DNA of 64,000 nt from Callorhinchus milii (Eukaryota). Where the stretch lies: assembly GCF_018977255.1 (NCBI RefSeq), contig NW_024704755.1, forward strand, positions 620,001-684,000, given 5' to 3'. The position numbers were made by a program, and so were the translations under genes. This document shows, one piece after another, positions 41,748 to 54,200 of this stretch (position 1 is its first letter; each line of letters starts with the position of its first letter). The notes under the pieces are model-generated. The model was not told the origin of the DNA. It searched no databases and worked only from the letters and a program-made list of their open reading frames with translations.

Positions 41748-44700
41748 GCTGTGACCTGTTTTACATTTTTTTTATTGAATTAAACATATTCTTTCTTTGT
41801 GGCCAAAACACACACAGCGATTGTCAGGCTCTGAGCCACTGCCTTATACGGGAGGAAACATAAACTGCGCTGCTGCGTGGGGAAGAGAGAGGATCATCTT
41901 CCATAATAAAATAATAATAATCCTTGCATTTGATATAGAGCCTCATCACGTCTTCAAGACATATCAAAGCGCATCACAGAATATACTGTAAAGTGAATTG
42001 AGTGATTAGTTTGTGGGCAAACGTGGCAGCCAATTGCGCACAGCAGCGTCCCATAAATAATCGTTAAGGGATTATTAGCCCCAGAAAAGTGATCCGCAAA
42101 TCAACTAATGACCGGGTTCCTACTTACTGCAGGGTAAACAGAGGAGTGGAGTAAGGAAACTTGCTCAACATTTTGCCCTGCCCAGGAATCAAACCCAGAT
42201 CCTCTCGCTTTAAGGCGAGTGCTCCAACTGAGCTACAGTCTTGAATGCCATGGTTTGGGATGATGTGAATGAACATGCAGCTTTGCCGGGACTGGAGATG
42301 CCGACGGCTAAACTCACCTCCAGGAACACCCCAAGCACCGCCAGCCCGTCCGGGGCCGAAGCCGCTTCATCAAAGCTTTTATACTTCGCTGCGTTCCAGT
42401 GCACCAGGTGTAGCTGTGACAACAATAAAACTACAGCTGGTTACACAGCGAACACTGGCTGTGGCATTGCAGAGGACTGCTGTCCAGTGAAGTGACTGTT
42501 ATTTGGGCAAACACGGCAGCCGATTTGCACGCAAGAAAACTCCCCACAAACAGCCATGAGGTGAGTGACCATTGACCATTTTTTCTCTCAACTTGTGTCT
42601 ACCAGGGAAAAAAAACCTCCGTTCTCTTTTCCCAACAGTGCCTTTAATGCCTGAACAGGCACAGCGGGACCTCGGTTTAATGTCTCACCCGAAGATGAGA
42701 TGCGATGCAACCTGGGTTATAATCACCAGAGGCGAAGATGGGATGGTGGGTGGGATTTGATTGAGAAAGGGAATCAGGAGACAACTTCCCTCTGGTAGAG
42801 GGGTCTAAAGAAAGAGAAGGAAGTCTTATGGTAACTCGGCTAGAAGAGGGACACAGGTGCCTCCACAGTGTCAGAGCACTCACCTCTCCAGGATAAGACT
42901 TGCCGTTGACTGTATGCTCGGAGCCTCTGCTGTCCTTCCCTCCCCAGTGGAAATGGAACTGTTTCAGTCTGTAGGGAAACTCCAGGGGCCCCCCTCTGAT
43001 CACTGCGGACAATAACACACCGAGGCGAGGGATTAGACACAGCCAAGGAAATGCCCCAAGATGCTTTAATATTACTAATAATAATCATTGTGTTTTATAT
43101 AGTGTCGTATCATGTCAATGAGACATCTCAAGGTGCTTCACAGGATTCACTGTAAAGTGGATTTAAGTGTGTATTGTGTGGGCGAAACGCGGCATTTATT
43201 TATTTTGGGGGGAAGGATTATTAGCTCTGGAAGGCAATCTGCCAATCGACTAACAACCAGGTTCCTACTTACTGCTAGGTAAACAGAGGCGTGTGGAGTA
43301 GGAAAATTTGCCTAAGGTTTTGCTCCACCTGGGAATCAAACCTCGGTCCTCTGGTTTGCGAGGTGAGTGCTCCATTCAATACTCTACAGGACTCCTGATA
43401 TACCGAGAGCATGGATAAGAGGACACAAGACTAGGTGTGAGGGACAAGTGTAGGGTGTAGACCAGGAAGTGTTCAATTACAATGAAAGGAGATGAGGGGA
43501 ACAGGGAGGATGGTTAACGTCAGGAAACTGAGACCCATTTAAGCAGCAGCTGTAACTTTGGGCTGAGACAAATATCTCGAGGATCTTTGTCACCCGACCC
43601 TCTTGTGGTTGCCCCCCTATTTCTCACTCAATGGAAGAGACATGACGGTCACTCTGATTAACCAGCAGACACTCGGGGAGCGGGGAGGGAGAGACAAATC
43701 GGCCGTTTGACTCATTGCCTGGTTGCCATTGGGACAACTCTTCACACAGTTGCTGACTGACTGTAGACTAATCCATAGACAGTTAATTGTTATCAACATC
43801 GCCATCATTTAAAGCACGCGACTACCAGGATGGCAGAAGGCGAATTAGATGGACCTTGGTATTTTTTCATCTGGCAATTCCTATGTTCCCGTGACTGCCT
43901 CAACTCGATAAAACCCAGTTCAGAGTTAGTGACCCACCCAGTACTGCTTCATTATCACTCTGTTAATTAGTGACCAGTAAAGAAATGGAATCTGTACCCT
44001 GTGACCGGGCTGCGAGCTCACACACTGGCCAGGAGTGTCAGACCAGAGCTGGGTGGGGGGAGATGAACACAAAGAGAAAAGGCCACTTGCCCCCGAGCTC
44101 TACACGGTTATTAGCCAGTGGGGGTGGTCCCAGAGGCTGGTGTCTGTCAGAGGAATGATGATATGTCACAGCACATGACTTTCCCTTTAAAGAAAGCTGT
44201 TCTGATCCACGTCCTCGTGCGAGCGTGAGAGCGACAGCCACCGCCCACAGCACGGGCCACAAGTTACCAGATAAAGATTTAAAAGGGTCACAAGAATGAA
44301 ACCTTGCGTTTTAGTGAGGAAACAACACAGGGCAGCAGAGAGAGCAGGGAATTAGTATTGTTTAGCTGCAGTGGAGCAGTGGCACAGACCAGTCTCCTCT
44401 GAACCAGTGATTCTATATCAGTTACTGCTCACATGGGCACTTATTTGCCAATTTTAGAAACAGCTTTTAAACATCAAGTCCAAAATGAATCAGTTTCCCA
44501 AAGTCTGATAATTACAAACTTGTCACATCTGAGAGACAGTTTGTCACATCAGCGTCTCCGACTGCAAGATACACACCCACGCTGTGTGTCTCAGCATCGA
44601 GGACAGAGAGAGAGTGGGAGAGAGCAGGAGATGAATCAAGAAGTCGTGGTTAGGTGATGCCAAGCTCGGGGATTGAATGTGAAGTGCAGGAGGGAGGGGA

Positions 44701-47700
44701 GAGGGAAGAAAACCTGGAGGGAGGGAGGAACAACAACAACTATTTGTATTTACACAGCACGTTTCAACAACAACAAGATTACATTTGTATAGCGCTTTTC
44801 ACGTCGGGGAGAACGTCCCAAGGCGATGGACAGTATACAGCATTTCAGACCCGAGCTGGGGTCGGGGGGCAGAAGGGAGGGGAGGGGAGGGGAAGGGGGG
44901 TGGCTGATGGCATGGTCGAAGAGGAGGGTCTTGAGGCGGGACTTGAAGGAGGAAGGACATCCCAAGGCCTGTAGGAAGGAAGTGTCTTGGGATGTCCTTC
45001 ATCTAGGAAGGACATCCCAAGGCACTGGACAGTTAAAGGTTTGCACTCAAGTTGAGGGTGAGATCAAGAGGGGTGGAGGGTAAGGCAGTGGGGGTGGGAG
45101 TGTGTCTGAAGGCACGGTCAAAGAGGACGGTCTTGAGACAAGTTTTGAAGGAGGCAATGGAGGGAGCGAAGTGGTGGGATTTGGTGATGGAGTTCCAGCA
45201 GATGGGGGCAAAAAAGCTGAAGGCCCGACTGTCAATGGTGAGTGGGGCAGGAAGGGAGGGAGGGAGTAAGAAATCCCACAATTTTGAGTTCCTGGGAGAG
45301 AATGAGTGAGAGGGTTCCCGTTGTAAACTCGTGATGTGAAGAAAATTCACAAGAAAGAGCATCGACAGTGTGGCAATAGCTCCCATTATCACAATTAAAA
45401 CGATGCAATAAACTTAGGAGTAATCAATCTACCCTTTGAACAAGAAAGTAGGCATCAGGCTGGCTCAGTCAGCAGCACTCTTGCCTCAGAGTCCCAAGGT
45501 GGGTTCAAGCCCTACATTGGGCAGTTTGAACTCAGTCTAAGGTGACACTTCAATGCAGTGCTGGGGGTAAGGAGGATTGGGGGGCAGGAGTGCTTCATTG
45601 TCAGAGGCAGTGTCCTCCAGGTGAGATGTTCAACCAAGGTCCTGTCTGCTGGTTCAGGTGGACATTAAAGATCCCGTGACGCTGTTCAGAAAGAGAAGAG
45701 TTTCTCCTGGTTTCCTGGCTGACAATCTTTCAAATTAAACATTCATCTCTGGTCTGGCTGTCCAAACACACAGTCACTACACTTGATCTTAATTACCTGA
45801 GAGGCACTTTGATGATTCAACATTACAGCTACTGTAAACTAAGGTCTCTCTTTCCTTTGGGTGGGGGGGGAATCCTATCTTTGGAATGGTTTTCCTCCAG
45901 GAAAGTCAAGCATTATAATTTGGGATGGACTTGTCTCTAGGTCACTAGCTGTGGATATTTTGTACACTGGCAAGAGCTTGGCTTCCACAGTCAGTGCCTC
46001 CCCAGTCACACCCTTCACCGTCACACCCGGGTCCTGGCTCAGCACTTTGCAGGTTTGGAACTGAAGTCCACACCAGGTGACAACTTTTCCAGGGGCACCT
46101 TCAGGGAAGTGGCAGGACTGCACCCTGATCTACTCCAAGAGACTGGGCATGAATAATAATAATCCTTGGATTTGGTACAGCCCCTTATCAGGTCGGAAGG
46201 ATGTCTCCAAATTCTTCACAGGATTTATTGTCAAATGGATTGACTGTATTTTGTAGGCAAAACGCAACCCAATTGTGCACAGCGGTGTCCCACAAACAGC
46301 CATGAAGCAAGTGACCAATTTTATCTAGGGAGTTGTTGGCCAGGACACTAGGAGAGAGAAACTTCTTTCCCTTTTCGAATTACATAATGCAATGGCATAA
46401 GCCCCATGAATACATACAGCCAACCCACCCTCTGTCAATAATGACCAGAAAGAATAAAACAGTGTGCAATATTAACACTGTCGTTAACCAATCCATGTCA
46501 CTGAGAGGCTACACAGGAAAATAAGGCAGAGCTTCTAGTTATAAGAATAACAATACTTGCATTTGATATAGCACCTTATCACATCGTTGAGACGTCTCAA
46601 AGCACTTCACAGGATATATTGTAAAGTGGAGTGACTGTGTATTTTGTGGGTGTTATGGGCAGAGATGTGAAAAATTGGGGCTGTTTTGCATTGAGAAAAA
46701 ATGTTTACAGCATCAACAAACAATAACAAGAACTTGCATTTATATAACCCTCTTCACATGGGATAGTGTCTGGAACGCTTGGAAGAGTGTAACAGAGGCT
46801 TTTTAACAATGACGGTAAGTGGGAGGAGTGAGGGAATAAAGAGACTATTTGCACCGTTGCGAGAGGCATTTGCACTGGAGTTACCACAAGTAGAAGTGTG
46901 TAGATAGTGTTAGCGATGGCAAATAAAAGCCCCTCTCACCAGTTTCCCACTGCACCACTTAGGCAAAGTGAAATTTAGCCTCCAGAGAGTTAGTGAAACG
47001 CCAGTCAGCAGATTCCAGCCTGTAACTTTCCCCCCATAAAGAAATTGGTCCCTCAATCCATGACTTTTTGTGGGACACTCCTGTGCGCAATTGGCTGCTG
47101 CATTGTGCTCACAAAATACACAGTCACTACACTTTACAATATATTCTGTGAGGCGCTTTGCAACGTCTCAACAACGTGATAAGGCAGCATATCAATGCAA
47201 GGATTATTATTTTAATAAAACAATCCCCTTGATGTAGAGGCTGTAAGGAGTTTGTAAACTTACCAGTTTTATCATCACAGTCTTCATACTCCACCATGAC
47301 CGAGTGGCCATTGTTGCAGATGGACAGTGAGGTACAAGCATCGTAGGACACCCAGATAGGCTTGAGGCTGGAGTTGTACACCGTCTGCTCAGACTGAATG
47401 TCAATGGGAGACTGTCTGTCTCCATTGGCTAAAGAGTAATCCTTGTACCAATCGCTGGGACCTTTAAGCACAATAATAATCATAATAATAAATTCAACCA
47501 CATAATCACAGCTGATCTTCTGCCCCCAGAGAGAGAGAGATGTCTCCAGCCTCCTGGACTGTACCCAGGTCCATTATACTCTTTACATGAACAGAAATAG
47601 ATATAATTAACTGAAAGGCACCAAAACAAGTAAGCAAATCCAGTGGTGGGGCTTGGGTTCCATTCCTGACAGGGCAAAACATTGGGCAAGTTTCCATACT

Positions 47701-48144
47701 CCACGTGCCTCTGTTTACGCAGCAGTAAGTAGGAACCTGATTGTTAGTCGATTAGCGGATTACTTTTCCAGGGGTAATAATCCCTCAAAAAAATAATTTG
47801 GTCACTCAATCCTTTGTAGGACACTGCTGTGCACACTCAGCTGCGGGTTTCACGCACAAAATGTACAGTCAATTCACTTTACACTATATTCTATGAAGAG
47901 CTCTGAGACATTTCAAAGATGTGATAAGGTGCCAGAACACATGCAAGGATTATTATTATCTCTGCAATTTTTTTATTGCACAAAAAAATAGAAAAATCTA
48001 ACAATGGGAAGTTTGGGGGTGAGAGGGGTAACTAGAAGTCTGGTTTATTAACTAAAGTTTATTAACTAGAGAAGTCTGGTTAACTTACAGAAGAAATAAC
48101 TCACCATTCTCCTCTCCGTAGCCCCAGCAGTGATGTCCAGGCAT
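39828..48144 (-). CDS. CA7: Carbonic anhydrase VII, 271 aa
   Basis: Exons 48144-48105 ([10 protein letters not shown]), 47461-47264 ([14 protein letters not shown]), 43002-42884 ([11 protein letters not shown]), 42413-42318 (LHLVHWN), 41337-41275 ([12 protein letters not shown]), 40669-40514 (GSLTTPPL) and 39971-39828 ([11 protein letters not shown]). Zinc-binding histidines are intact. Confidence 0.96.
40130..40428 (-). mobile_element. Same SINE family (CA7 intron 6)
   Basis: Tail, body and head visible on the minus strand. Confidence 0.8.
40830..41185 (-). mobile_element. Same SINE family (CA7 intron 5)
   Basis: Tail, body and head visible on the minus strand. Confidence 0.8.
41910..42240 (-). 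mobile_element. Same SINE family (CA7 intron 4)
   Basis: Tail, body and head visible on the minus strand. Confidence 0.8.
43075..43395 (-). mobile_element. Same SINE family (CA7 intron 2)
   Basis: Tail, body and head visible on the minus strand. Confidence 0.8.
45457..45810 (+). mobile_element. Older Deu-domain-type SINE (SacSINE/AmnSINE-like)
   Basis: tRNA-like head GGCTCAG..GCACTCTTGCCTCAGAGTC..GGTTCAAGCCC followed by GAGATGTT..CCTGTCTGC..GTGGACATTAAAGATCCC, matching the Deu-SINE core from memory. Confidence 0.55.
47640..47960 (+). mobile_element. Same SINE family (CA7 intron 1)
   Basis: Partial head, body and tail. Confidence 0.8.
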
Positions 48145-48182
48145 CTTTGCAGCGTGTGAGTGTGAACGTGTGTGACTCTCAC

Positions 48183-48625
48183 TCCCGGGCTGTAGGGGAT
48201 CCCGGGCTGTCGGGGATCCCGGGCTGTCGGACGGGGATCCCGGGCTGGACGGGGATCCCGGGCTGGACGGGGATCCCGGGCTGGACGGTGGTCCCGGGCT
48301 GGACGGTGGTCCCGGGCTGGACGGTGGTCCCGGGCTGGACGGTGGTCCCGGGCTGGACGGTGGTCCCGGGCTGTAGGGGATCCCGGGCTGGACGGTGGTC
48401 CCGGGCTGTCGGACGGTGGTCCCGGGCTGTCGGACGGTGGTCCCGGGCTGTCGGACGGTGGTCCCGGGCTGTCGGACGGTGGTCCCGGGCTGTCGGACGG
48501 TGGTCCCGGGCTGTAGGGGGTCCCGGGCTGTACGGTGGTCCCGGGCTGTTGGACGGTGGTCCCGGGCTGTTGGACGGGGGTCCCGGGCTGTAGGGGGTCC
48601 CGGGCTGTAGGGGGTCCCGGGCTGT
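48183..48625. repeat. GC-rich 18-21-bp minisatellite (CCCGGGCTG..GGACGGTGGT) immediately upstream of the CA7 ATG
   Basis: More than 20 tandem units, each containing a CCCGGG palindrome; begins ~40 nt upstream of the ATG. Confidence 0.95.
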
Positions 48626-48749
48626 TGGCTGTTGTGAGCTTTGCAATGGGACTGACTGACGCTGAAGAGGGTTTAAATGACCATCAGAGGAGGAGTGTCC
48701 GCAGCTGTCAATCAGCCATCACTGGGAGTCAATGCCAAAAATCTGGGGA

Positions 48750-49275
48750 TTCACTCCCTCCCTCAATCACTCACTCACTCAATCACTCCCTCCCTCAATC
48801 ACTCACTCCCTCAATCACTCACTCACTCCCTCAATCACTCCCTCCCTCAATCACTCCCTCCCTCAATCACTCCCTCCCTCAATCACTCCCTCCCTCAATC
48901 ACTCACTCACTCCCTCAATCACTCCCTCCCTCAATCACTCCCTTCCCCCCTCAATCACTCACTCCCTCAATCACTCCCTCAATCACTCCCTCCCTCACTC
49001 ACTCCCTCCCTCAATCACTCCCTCACTCCCTCCCTCAATCACTCACTCCCTCAATCACTCCCTCAATCACTCNNNNNNNNNNNNNNNNNNNNNNNNNNNN
49101 NNNNNNNNNNNNNNNNNNNNNNNNNNNNNNNNNNNNNNNNNNNNNNNNNNNNNNNNNNNNNNNNNNNNNNNNNNNNNNNNNNNNNNNNNNNNNNNNNNNN
49201 NNNNNNNNNNNNNNNNNNNNCCTGCCTCCTTCACACCTTCTCTCAATCACTCACTCCCTCAATCACTCACTCATT
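48750..49275. repeat. TCAATCACTCCC / TCAC low-complexity satellite containing an assembly gap (49073-49220)
   Basis: Tandem tetramer-based repeat on both sides of the N run. Confidence 0.95.
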
Positions 49276-50436
49276 CAGGGCTTCAAGTCGCCAGAAACAT
49301 GATCTCTTTCTCCATCTCTGTCCCGTTTTCCCGCAGCCGCCGCGAGAGGTTTGGCGCCACCGGACAAGTCTGAACCCAACAAATATGGTTTAAACTAATG
49401 ATCATCTGCCTCTGTGCCTCCTCTCTCTCCCTCTCCCAACTCTTCCTCTCTCCTTCTTTACCTCTCTCCTTTCTGCTTCTTTCTCTGTCCTTTCTGTTTC
49501 TCCGCTCTCCTCTTTGCCTCTCTCTCCTTTCTCTTAGAGTGAAAACATCGCTCAGAGATTATCCCGAGTAGTGATGGTGGGATCCCCCTGAGATGACCTT
49601 GTGTGAGAGGAGAGGGAGAGAGGGAGATGGGTTGGGGGTATTTGATGGCAGGAGCTCTTCCTGCACACTCACCCCAAAATGAAGTAATGACTGTTACAGC
49701 CTATTTTGGCACAGGGGGTGGGGGGGGGGAGTGAAATCATACCTCAGGTTCCGTATTCAGTCATCAAATCACTGCAGTTATTGGAGGAGACAGAGAGAGA
49801 GGATTACAAACCTGGGCTCCACTGCTCCCAGCCTCACTCAACGTGTCACAGCACTTTGCCTCACAACTGGGGATCTCACAGAGTTGAGGAAAAATCTTAC
49901 ATTCAGTCTTAATTTGAAGCCGATCGATTATGACAAAATTTAAGAATTTCCTACAATTTTGCACAATCTTACATTTTAAGACAAAGCGACTATAAAGATA
50001 AGATTAGTTAGTTGTAAAGATTAGTTAGTTGTATTTTTTGCCCTTAGATACCTTAAGGCTTATAGTGTAGAGATTATATAAATGCTTAATGAGATAAAGT
50101 AAATCCGGGACCTAATTTCAGATCCGCCAAGGCAGCAGGAATGAAAGGTCACACGGTCAGTGTGTGTCAAGGGCACATTTAGGCTCCAGGAAGTGTGTGT
50201 ATGGATGTTGGGGGAGGAAAGAGCCAGGCGTCAGAGAGGAAGGTTTTGTTTTGCTCAGCCGGATGTCTGACACGTGCGGAAACCCATCACCGTACTTAAG
50301 GGTCTCCAAACCAAACTGAGAATTCCATTGCATCCCACCTACACCTGGAAATCCCAGAGATTGATTGTTGGAATGGAACGTGCACTCTCCCCCTGGAGAG
50401 ATGATCCTGCTTACCTGATATTGGGTAATTAGCCCC

Positions 50437-50515
50437 GGGGTCCCCAAGCCTTGGCACTTGCCAACCTGCACAGGTATTAGGCGCAGGTTGGCAAGTGCCA
50501 AGGCTTGGGGACCCC
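50437..50515. repeat. Perfect inverted repeat (33-bp arms, 13-nt loop)
   Basis: GGGGTCCCCAAGCCTTGGCACTTGCCAACCTGC at 50437-50469 is the exact reverse complement of 50483-50515. Confidence 0.95.
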
Positions 50516-51103
50516 AGGGTGTGCTTTAGGGTAACTGCTGGAGTATAACTTGCTAAAACCGCATCGCTTGCCATTGCTATTGACATCACTGTCTGGCAAG
50601 CTCTCCCGCTTACCCGTGAGGGCTTTGGCTTGTGGGGTTAACAGTGGGTGAGAGGATTCCCTGTCCCCAGTGATAAAGTCAGAACCAACATACTGGGTGA
50701 GGCCAGGATTGGAGCTGTGATGCCCCCTTGTGGTCGAATGCCCTCTCTTCAAGGCAGCAGATAAGACTGTGGTTGTCTCTTGAGTGAGATACAGCTGATG
50801 CAGGTACGTGCACCTTCCCACCACAAGTCACGTCTCTCAGGATATGAGGGGGAATGGGGGAGAGGGAAAGAGCCAGAAAACATGTTCCTTGGACATGTTG
50901 TATACATGTGTTTATATGGTACAAACTGTCCCACAACATACCTAATGCTTAAACTGTTACTTATTACAATGCTTATCATAACAGGTGTTTCAATGCTGTG
51001 AAAGAAAAATGCAAACAGACGTGACCGTTAATGTTGGTAATGGACTGTGTGAGTGGGAGAGTCAGTGGCAGTGAGTGGGAGGGAGTTGCCGGCGGGTGAG
51101 CTG

Positions 51104-51121
51104 CAGCGCCCTCTGGCGGCC
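51104..51121 (-). promoter_or_regulatory. CTCF-like motif in the NAE1 CpG-island promoter
   Basis: Reverse complement reads CCGCCAGAGGGCGCTG, close to the CTCF core. Confidence 0.55.
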
Positions 51122-51259
51122 CGGCCCGGCCGCACAGGGCCGTGACGAATGTGCGGCTGCGGGTGGCGGGACGGCCCTGTCTGTGCCTCTGTGTGTGTGT
51201 GTGGCTGCGGTGAATGTGCGGCCCGGGAGCCGGGACACGTTTACCTGCCGCGCGGGGAC

Positions 51260-54200
51260 ATGGCGGCGCCGGGAACCACCGCGAGAGCGCGGAGAGAGGA
51301 GAAATATGACAGACAACTGAGGTACTGCCATATACACAGCATATACACCTTAAATACACCCCATATACACCTTATACATCCCATACACACACCATATACA
51401 CCCTATACACTCTATATACACACCATATACACACCCCTTATACACACCCCACACACCCTATATACACCTTAAATACACCCTGTGTACACACCACATACAC
51501 CCCATACACACCCTATATATACACACTAAACACCACATAACACCCTATATACACAACACACACCTGTATACACACACCACATACATACAGTATATACACC
51601 ATATATACACCACATACACACCGCATATACATCGTATATACACCACACATACACCATATATATTATATATACCATATATACACTACACATATACTATGTA
51701 AATCACATATACACACCATGTATACCATATATACACTCTGTACACCAAACACTCCCCCAGAGAGGAGGAATATGACAGCTCAGGTATTCTGTCATATATA
51801 CCATACTCATCCTATATACATAACACACACACACATATATTCTGTGTATATATATATTGTATATATATTCCCAATCCCATACACCCTCAGAGAGGAGAAA
51901 TGTGACGGACAGCTCAGGTTAAGAGACTATGTAATCTATACCATACATATCCTGTGTACAGTGTTGTTGCAGCGTTTTACTTGGTCTCACCTCTGGCTCA
52001 GAAGTTTGTGCCAAAAAAAAATTGGTCATTCACTCGACGGCAGTTTGTGGGACATTGCTGTGTGCAATTGGCTGCCACATTTTGCCCACAAAATATACAG
52101 TCATTCCACTTTACAGCATATTCTGTGAAGTGCTTTGAGACGTCTCAACGACTTGATAAGGCACTATATCAAATGCAATAATTATTATTATTATTACTGC
52201 AAAGCCTTTTGAGACAATTCTTCCTTCTCATTTTTCCTGTTTGGATTTTTTCTCTAGGCTGTGGGGTGACCATGGACAGGAGGCACTGGAAGCAGCTCAC
52301 GTTTGCTTGATAAATGCCACTGCGACTGGGACTGAAATGCTGAAGAATCTGGTGCTTCCTGGTGGGGCTGAGTTCTGTTTGATTGGACTGTTTACTGGCT
52401 TGTTGATGTTGCCCACAAGCGAGTTTATTGCCCACGTGTTGACTCTCACTTTTTTGGTTGCCAGGAATCGGATCTTTCACCATTGTGGATGGCAGCTCTG
52501 TTAGTGGAGCTGATGTTGGGAATAAGTAAGTATTTAAAATCTTCAAAGATTGTTCCCTTGACTTTGAGCAATCGGCAGAAAAGCAGCAGAGGGAGGGGGC
52601 GAGGAGCATTGTGTAAATATGGGGTTAACGCTCGGATAAGATAGCACTCTAGTGGGAGGGGGAGCATGGTGGGGGGGCATCATGAGAAATCTGAGCCCTG
52701 TTTAGCAAATCCTTTGTAAAATATTTTCCATCACTAAGTCTGAGTTTAGTGGTGAATCTCAGACAATTCTCGGTATTAACTACTTCCTTCATTTTGTTCC
52801 CAGCTTCTTCTTGACTAAAAATAGCATTGGAAAGGTGAGTTCCATTTCTTTAGCTGAAAGGCATCACATGGAACAACTCTGATGTTTGGTTAAAACATGT
52901 TTTCTGAGCTCTCTTAGGGGTGCTTAGGGTGGGGAGGATCCTCACCTGTGATTAGTTTATCCCATCAGTAGAAGAGGGGAATTGGGGGAGAGAGGGGGAT
53001 GGCTGATAAGGAAGGGAATTGGGGAGGAAGTATGAGAGATTGTGAGAGATGGCACTGACAGATGGATACCAGGGGTCTGTTGTGGCCCTGCACATTCCTG
53101 TGTTCTTGTATTTTAGTTTGTAAACAGTTGGACTGCTATACGTCACCGTCTCTTCCTCTTTGATTTCTTCTCTAGAATCGAGCTCAGGCTGCCACAGAAC
53201 TTCTGCAGGAGCTGAACAGCGATGTGTGTGGGAACTTTGTGGAGGAGGTTAGTACAGCTGGGAATGTGTCTGTGTTTCACAATAAACGTGTCACTCTTCT
53301 GTTCTCTTTCGAAAGGGTGTGAATATCAAAATCATCGCCACCTTTTCAAATCCTTCAGCTCCTCTGCCTCCTTACAGGAGATGGTGCTTGTGGATAGAAA
53401 CGTGAATGAGAGGTAGTGCTCTGACACAGTTGGACATGGAGTTCCTCAGTGTTAATTAACACCTAGTAACAGTGTAGGGACACAATTCAGCTGCAACACA
53501 AGGATGTTCTTTATTCTGCTAAACGTTTTATACACCCACAGAGATTACAGCACAGAAAGGAAGTTTTCAGTACATCAACAACAACAACTTACATATGTAT
53601 AGCGCCCTTCACGCAGGGTAGCATCCTGGAGCGGTTGAGCTGGTTGCTAGCTGTCCGCACTAATTCCAACTCCTCTCCTTTTTATTATTATTTATTTTCA
53701 AATACTTATCTAATTCCATTGTAAACATTGTTCTGACCTTCACTTCCGTGACAAAGCGTTCCACGTTCTAATAACCCTCTGCGTGAAAATGTTCCTTCTG
53801 ATAACCCGATAACGGGCTTGAAAGTTAAGATGGTTTCCAGGGAATTGAGAGGATTTCTGCATTAGGGAGTGATCTGGCATCTTTTGAGAAGTTGGTTTGG
53901 GGAGGAATCATCAGTCATGGTCCTTGTCAACTGATGGTGGGCATTGCTGCTGAGCGGGTGTGGTCTCTGGGTGAGTGTGACCACCAGGGGGTGGGGGGGC
54001 CAAGTGAGAGTGGAATCTTCATTGTCTATTCCCGTCAGGAGAGGTATAACAGGAAGAACCCAGACTGAATGTCGCTTGTCTGGGAACAAAGCTTGTGAGG
54101 AATGGGAATGTGGCATCTTGTCTTTCAGAGCGCGGAGCAGCTCCTGGAGAACGATCACACTTTCTTCTCTCGGTTTCACTTGGTGATTGCGATCCAGCTC

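Noticed and set aside
48147-49393. ORFs through the CA7 upstream repeats and the N gap
   Set aside because: Low-complexity translations that span unknown bases.
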